Origin: Oculina patagonica
Taxonomy: Eukaryota
DNA length: 64,000 nucleotides
Direction of reading: 5' to 3'
Assembly (NCBI RefSeq): GCF_052425735.1
Contig: NC_135765.1
Span: forward strand, 1,860,001 to 1,924,000
Part shown: piece after piece, positions 57,489 through 64,000 of the stretch
How positions within the stretch are numbered: the first letter of the stretch is position 1
Layout: every line of letters begins with the position of its first letter
The notes under the pieces: model-generated
Told to the model about the DNA's origin: nothing
The model's input: only the letters and a program-made list of their open reading frames with translations
The model's database searches: none
Translations under genes and position numbers: made by a program

Positions 57489-60400
57489 ACTCCCACTCAC
57501 CCTTCTCCCCCTCCACTCGGAGAAGGAGAGAGCGAGGGGGAGGTACTCCCACTCACCCTTCTCCCCCTCCACTCGGAGAAGGAGAGAGCGAGGGGGAGGT
57601 ACTCCCACTCACCCTTCTCCCCCCTCCACTCGGAGAAGGAGAGAGCGAGGGGGAGGTACTCCCACTCACCCTTCTCCCCCTCCACTCGGAGAAGGAGAGA
57701 GCGAGGGGGAGGTACTCCCACTCACCCTTCTCCCCCTCCACTCGGAGAAGGAGAGAGCGAGGGGGAGGTACTCCCACTCACCCTTCTCCCCCTCCACTCG
57801 GAGAAGGAGAGAGCGAGGGGGAGGTACTCCCACTCACCCTTCTCCCCCTCCACTCGGAGAAGGAGAGAGCGAGGGGGAGGTACTCCCACTCACCCTTCTC
57901 CCCCTCCACTCGGAGAAGGAGAGAGCGAGGGGGAGGTACTCCCACTCACCCTTCTCCCCCTCCACTCGGAGAAGGAGAGAGCGAGGGGGAGGTACTCCCA
58001 CTCACCCTTCTCCCCCTCCACTCGGAGAAGGAGAGAGCGAGGGGGAGGTACTCCCACTCACCCTTCTCCCCCTCCACTCGGAGAAGGAGAGAGCGAGGGG
58101 GAGGTACTCCCACTCACCCTTCTCCCCCTCCACTCGGAGAAGGAGAGAGCGAGGGGGAGGTACTCCCACTCACCCTTCTCCCCCTCCACTCGGAGAAGGA
58201 GAGAGCGAGGGGGAGGTACTCCCACTCACCCTTCTCCCCCTCCACTCGGAGAAGGAGAGAGCGAGGGGGAGGTACTCCCACTCACCCTTCTCCCCCTCCA
58301 CTCGGAGAAGGAGAGAGCGAGGGGGAGGTACTCCCACTCACCCTTCTCCCCCTCCACTCGGAGAAGGAGAGAGCGAGGGGGAGGTACTCCCACTCACCCT
58401 TCTCCCCCTCCACTCGGAGAAGGAGAGAGCGAGGGGGAGGTACTCCCACTCACCCTTCTCCCCCCTCCACTCGGAGAAGGAGAGAGCGAGGGGGAGGTAC
58501 TCCCACTCACCCTTCTCCCCCTCCACTCGGAGAAGGAGAGAGCGAGGGGGAGGTACTCCCACTCACCCTTCTCCCCCTCCACTCGGAGAAGGAGAGAGCG
58601 AGGGGGAGGTACTCCCACTCACCCTTCTCCCCCTCCACTCGGAGAAGGAGAGAGCGAGGGGGAGGTACTCCCACTCACCCTTCTCCCCCTCCACTCGGAG
58701 AAGGAGAGAGCGAGGGGGAGGTACTCCCACTCACCCTTCTCCCCCTCCACTCGGAGAAGGAGAGAGCGAGGGGGAGGTACTCCCACTCACCCTTCTCCCC
58801 CTCCACTCGGAGAAGGAGAGAGCGAGGGGGAGGTACTCCCACTCACCCTTCTCCCCCTCCACTCGGAGAAGGAGAGAGCGAGGGGGAGGTACTCCCACTC
58901 ACCCTTCTCCCCCTCCACTCGGAGAAGGAGAGAGCGAGGGGGAGGTACTCCCACTCACCCTTCTCCCCCTCCACTCGGAGAAGGAGAGAGCGAGGGGGAG
59001 GTACTCCCACTCACCCTTCTCCCCCTCCACTCGGAGAAGGAGAGAGCGAGGGGGAGGTACTCCCACTCACCCTTCTCCCCCTCCACTCGGAGAAGGAGAG
59101 AGCGAGGGGGAGGTACTCCCACTCACCCTTCTCCCCCTCCACTCGGAGAAGGAGAGAGCGAGGGGGAGGTACTCCCACTCACCCTTCTCCCCCTCCACTC
59201 GGAGAAGGAGAGAGCGAGGGGGAGGTACTCCCACTCACCCTTCTCCCCCTCCACTCGGAGAAGGAGAGAGCGAGGGGGAGGTACTCCCACTCACCCTTCT
59301 CCCCCTCCACTCGGAGAAGGAGAGAGCGAGGGGGAGGTACTCCCACTCACCCTTCTCCCCCCTCCACTCGGAGAAGGAGAGAGCGAGGGGGAGGTACTCC
59401 CACTCACCCTTCTCCCCCTCCACTCGGAGAAGGAGAGAGCGAGGGGGAGGTACTCCCACTCACCCTTCTCCCCCTCCACTCGGAGAAGGAGAGAGCGAGG
59501 GGGAGGTACTCCCACTCACCCTTCTCCCCCTCCACTCGGAGAAGGAGAGAGCGAGGGGGAGGTACTCCCACTCACCCTTCTCCCCCTCCACTCGGAGAAG
59601 GAGAGAGCGAGGGGGAGGTACTCCCACTCACCCTTCTCCCCCTCCACTCGGAGAAGGAGAGAGCGAGGGGGAGGTACTCCCACTCACCCTTCTCCCCCTC
59701 CACTCGGAGAAGGAGAGAGCGAGGGGGAGGTACTCCCACTCACCCTTCTCCCCCTCCACTCGGAGAAGGAGAGAGCGAGGGGGAGGTACTCCCACTCACC
59801 CTTCTCCCCCTCCACTCGGAGAAGGAGAGAGCGAGGGGGAGGTACTCCCACTCACCCTTCTCCCCCTCCACTCGGAGAAGGAGAGAGCGAGGGGGAGGTA
59901 CTCCCACTCACCCTTCTCCCCCTCCACTCGGAGAAGGAGAGAGCGAGGGGGAGGTACTCCCACTCACCCTTCTCCCCCCTCCACTCGGAGAAGGAGAGAG
60001 CGAGGGGGAGGTACTCCCACTCACCCTTCTCCCCCTCCACTCGGAGAAGGAGAGAGCGAGGGGGAGGTACTCCCACTCACCCTTCTCCCCCTCCACTCGG
60101 AGAAGGAGAGAGCGAGGGGGAGGTACTCCCACTCACCCTTCTCCCCCTCCACTCGGAGAAGGAGAGAGCGAGGGGGAGGTACTCCCACTCACCCTTCTCC
60201 CCCTCCACTCGGAGAAGGAGAGAGCGAGGGGGAGGTACTCCCACTCACCCTTCTCCCCCTCCACTCGGAGAAGGAGAGAGCGAGGGGGAGGTACTCCCAC
60301 TCACCCTTCTCCCCCTCCACTCGGAGAAGGAGAGAGCGAGGGGGAGGTACTCCCACTCACCCTTCTCCCCCTCCACTCGGAGAAGGAGAGAGCGAGGGGG

Positions 60401-62103
60401 AGGTACTCCCACTCACCCTTCTCCCCCTCCACTCGGAGAAGGAGAGAGCGAGGGGGAGGTACTCCCACTCACCCTTCTCCCCCTCCACTCGGAGAAGGAG
60501 AGAGCGAGGGGGAGGTACTCCCACTCACCCTTCTCCCCCTCCACTCGGAGAAGGAGAGAGCGAGGGGGAGGTACTCCCACTCACCCTTCTCCCCCTCCAC
60601 TCGGAGAAGGAGAGAGCGAGGGGGAGGTACTCCCACTCACCCTTCTCCCCCTCCACTCGGAGAAGGAGAGAGCGAGGGGGAGGTACTCCCACTCACCCTT
60701 CTCCCCCTCCACTCGGAGAAGGAGAGAGCGAGGGGGAGGTACTCCCACTCACCCTTCTCCCCCTCCACTCGGAGAAGGAGAGAGCGAGGGGGAGGTACTC
60801 CCACTCACCCTTCTCCCCCTCCACTCGGAGAAGGAGAGAGCGAGGGGGAGGTACTCCCACTCACCCTTCTCCCCCTCCACTCGGAGAAGGAGAGAGCGAG
60901 GGGGAGGTACTCCCACTCACCCTTCTCCCCCTCCACTCGGAGAAGGAGAGAGCGAGGGGGAGGTACTCCCACTCACCCTTCTCCCCCTCCACTCGGAGAA
61001 GGAGAGAGCGAGGGGGAGGTACTCCCACTCACCCTTCTCCCCCTCCACTCGGAGAAGGAGAGAGCGAGGGGGAGGTACTCCCACTCACCCTTCTCCCCCT
61101 CCACTCGGAGAAGGAGAGAGCGAGGGGGAGGTACTCCCACTCACCCTTCTCCCCCTCCACTCGGAGAAGGAGAGAGCGAGGGGGAGGTACTCCCACTCAC
61201 CCTTCTCCCCCTCCACTCGGAGAAGGAGAGAGCGAGGGGGAGGTACTCCCACTCACCCTTCTCCCCCTCCACTCGGAGAAGGAGAGAGCGAGGGGGAGGT
61301 ACTCCCACTCACCCTTCTCCCCCTCCACTCGGAGAAGGAGAGAGCGAGGGGGAGGTACTCCCACTCACCCTTCTCCCCCTCCACTCGGAGAAGGAGAGAG
61401 CGAGGGGGGAGGTACTCCCACTCACCCTTCTCCCCCTCCACTCGGAGAAGGAGAGAGCGAGGGGGAGGTACTCCCACTCACCCTTCTCCCCCTCCACTCG
61501 GAGAAGGAGAGAGCGAGGGGGAGGTACTCCCACTCACCCTTCTCCCCCTCCACTCGGAGAAGGAGAGAGCGAGGGGGAGGTACTCCCACTCACCCTTCTC
61601 CCCCTCCACTCGGAGAAGGAGAGAGCGAGGGGGAGGTACTCCCACTCACCCTTCTCCCCCTCCACTCGGAGAAGGAGAGAGCGAGGGGGAGGTACTCCCA
61701 CTCACCCTTCTCCCCCTCCACTCGGAGAAGGAGAGAGCGAGGGGGAGGTACTCCCACTCACCCTTCTCCCCCTCCACTCGGAGAAGGAGAGAGCGAGGGG
61801 GAGGTACTCCCACTCACCCTTCTCCCCCTCCACTCGGAGAAGGAGAGAGCGAGGGGGAGGTACTCCCACTCACCCTTCTCCCCCTCCACTCGGAGAAGGA
61901 GAGAGCGAGGGGGAGGTACTCCCACTCACCCTTCTCCCCCCTCCACTCGGAGAAGGAGAGAGCGAGGGGGAGGTACTCCCACTCACCCTTCTCCCCCTCC
62001 ACTCGGAGAAGGAGAGAGCGAGGGGGAGGTACTCCCACTCACCCTTCTCCCCCTCCACTCGGAGAAGGAGAGAGCGAGGGGGAGGTACTCCCACTCACCC
62101 TTC
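57489..62103. repeat. 56-bp tandem satellite, 82 full units plus a 17-bp partial unit
   Basis: Unit ACTCCCACTCACCCTTCTCCCCCTCCACTCGGAGAAGGAGAGAGCGAGGGGGAGGT. Length 4615 = 82x56 + six 1-nt homopolymer insertions + 17. Confidence 0.98.
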
Positions 62104-64000
62104 CTCGGGTTATTTTATTCATATATTCCGGCCTTTTTTACTGGGATTATTTTGCACAAGAACAGGTGCACTGTTTTATTGATCTCTCTGTAATTGTTTA
62201 CTTTTCCATATAAATTTGGTTTACCCTGGTATGCAATTCTTCCTTTTCAAATAAAGTCGATTTACCTTTTACCCAGTGTTTGGGAATGGCAACTTTCATC
62301 CCAAAATATTAATTTTCCTTGAGGTTTAAGGGGGAGTTTAACTATTCCCAACCTCATTCTTGAGAATAACGGAGGGCACCATTAGAAAAGTGATTTGGGG
62401 AGGGACAAAAAATTCATGCAAGGAAAAATTCCAAGAAATAATTCACGGACTGTATAAGTGTATAGGGTGAAGAAACAACCAGTATAACGTGGTTTTAAAT
62501 AAAAATTAATTATGGCATTTGATTTAGGCCATTCGTAATATTTTTACTGTTTTAGGGAAGTGAAGGACTGTGGACATCCTCCCACAATCTTCTCCGCAGG
62601 AAATTGTAGATTGTCGATGGAATTTACACCTTAATTTTCATTTAGTTTTTTCCTGTGGGAGAGTGGAGAATTGTCAACGGGAGTAAAGTCTCCCTATAAT
62701 ATGCTTACGTGGTTGGAGGAGTCTTACAAATGTGCGAGGCAGAAATCCCTTCTTCAAATAAAAACGTCAAGCCCAAGCTACTTAAGCTAACTCGGCTGTA
62801 GACTAACCAGAGTGTAATTTACGCTTACAGAAGTGCTTTTAGGCTAACCAGAATGGATCGCACGCCTCGCTGCCTTGCACTTTGTGATGATCCGATGGAG
62901 GATTGGGGCTGAGAGTTGCTCTAAGAGGTTGGGTGATAATGGTTCAGAGTTTATGTTATCTCCTTTTCAAAATCTTTCGACCTTTTCCCCAATGAAAGAC
63001 AAGAATTTTAGATATGAGCACACTTTTCCTCACGGGGGACGTAAATATCACTGGCAATATCCCCTTCTTTGGGTTAGGAAGAAATGTTTTTAGGAGTAAA
63101 CCAAATTTAAGTGAAAAAGTAAAGGACAACCACACAAGTTTCACCGCATTCACTTTTCAAGTGGTGCAGCGTATTTTTTATCCTTTTTCTCTTAAGTCAC
63201 TAAGTAACGTTATATTAAAAACCGTTTTTAAGAGCATTTGGGTCAGGCCTTTAATCTGCTCTTAGCGTATTCTTTAAGTCAGTAAAGTAAACTTAACTTA
63301 TTATTGCGTTGATTGCTGATAACATGAGATTGAGAATGACTCTGTCTCAGTGAACAACAAAACTTTCTTTTTTAAGTTTAGTAACCACATACGTCAGCTG
63401 CCTACACGTTAACGACCTCTGTTTTGACAATTTCCATTTAAACGAAACATAAACAACTAAGTGAAATAGCTAGACTATTGCAAAAAAGCAACTTGGCTGA
63501 CTTTTTTTTAAAACGTATTAACTGTACTAGTTTGAAATCTTCTTCCGGATCATTTTTCTGTGTAATTTTTCTTGCTTCTTGTGATTGTTTTTGCATTGCT
63601 AAGAATAACTTTTCTATATCCGTTTAAATAATAAGAGCAAACTGAACAATCCATGTGTTAAACGGTTTTCTATAAATGTACATATTTAACATTTATAGCG
63701 TTTCTTTATTTACACTTAGTATTTATCTTTACTATTGTAGTTCCAAAGTGTTGATAATGGTCTTTAAGGATAAAAACGTTTGCAAATGTTCTTGGCTTGT
63801 CTTTAATTCACCCAGGCTCTGTGACTTGAGGCTCATTTTCTTGACTTTTCAATCTCTATAAAGTATCTGCTGAGAGGATCAAAAATTGACAAGTTTTTAG
63901 AATACATAACATAAAATAAACGTTAGTGATGAAAGAATTGATCTTAAATAAAGCCAACTAAAGGAATGGGCGTCCTGTATTTTTTAAATAATTTGTATCA

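Noticed and set aside
57489-62103. CRISPR array or ribozyme-bearing satellite
   Set aside because: There are no unique spacers and the context is eukaryotic. The unit lacks the hammerhead core (CUGAnGA/GAAA).
57425-62213. 1585-aa and 1575-aa ORFs and the twelve 74-aa minus-strand ORFs
   Set aside because: They follow arithmetically from a stop-free 56-bp unit. Frameshifting indels are tolerated and there is no domain content, so they are not called as CDS.
62555-62635. SPQEIVDC (papain-like) or DCGHPPTI (sushi-like) peptide hints
   Set aside because: Short matches in different frames bounded by stops, with no supporting exons.

Overview
AT-rich, intron-containing metazoan genomic DNA. It is probably an anthozoan/stony-coral type, inferred from the repeat families and the PAN-EGF-F5/8C gene. 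The first 47 kb hold eight genes, reconstructed by reading GT-AG exon chains: the 5' part of POLR2A (-), UQCRH (-), a secreted PAN/apple-EGF-F5/8C protein (+), CCDC39 (-), an intronless NOL7-like gene (+), AP-1 sigma (+), an intronless DNAJC21 (-) and a CFAP97D2-like gene (+). Introns and the last 17 kb contain many MITEs, SINEs, a truncated L1/Tx1-type LINE, a Helentron-like element and a hAT remnant. There is also a near-perfect 82-copy 56-bp satellite (57489-62103) that generates the two giant 'ORFs'. The most notable observations are: (1) the AP-1 sigma gene ends in an array of short alternative terminal exons, including a tandem pair [28 protein letters not shown] and two candidate exons sharing N[IL]YTR, one a canonical YxxPhi motif; (2) two head-to-head pairs each join a ciliary gene to an intronless ribosome-biogenesis gene across a short promoter with an RFX X-box; (3) the homogeneous self-complementary satellite. 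All calls come from reading the sequence; no searches were run.
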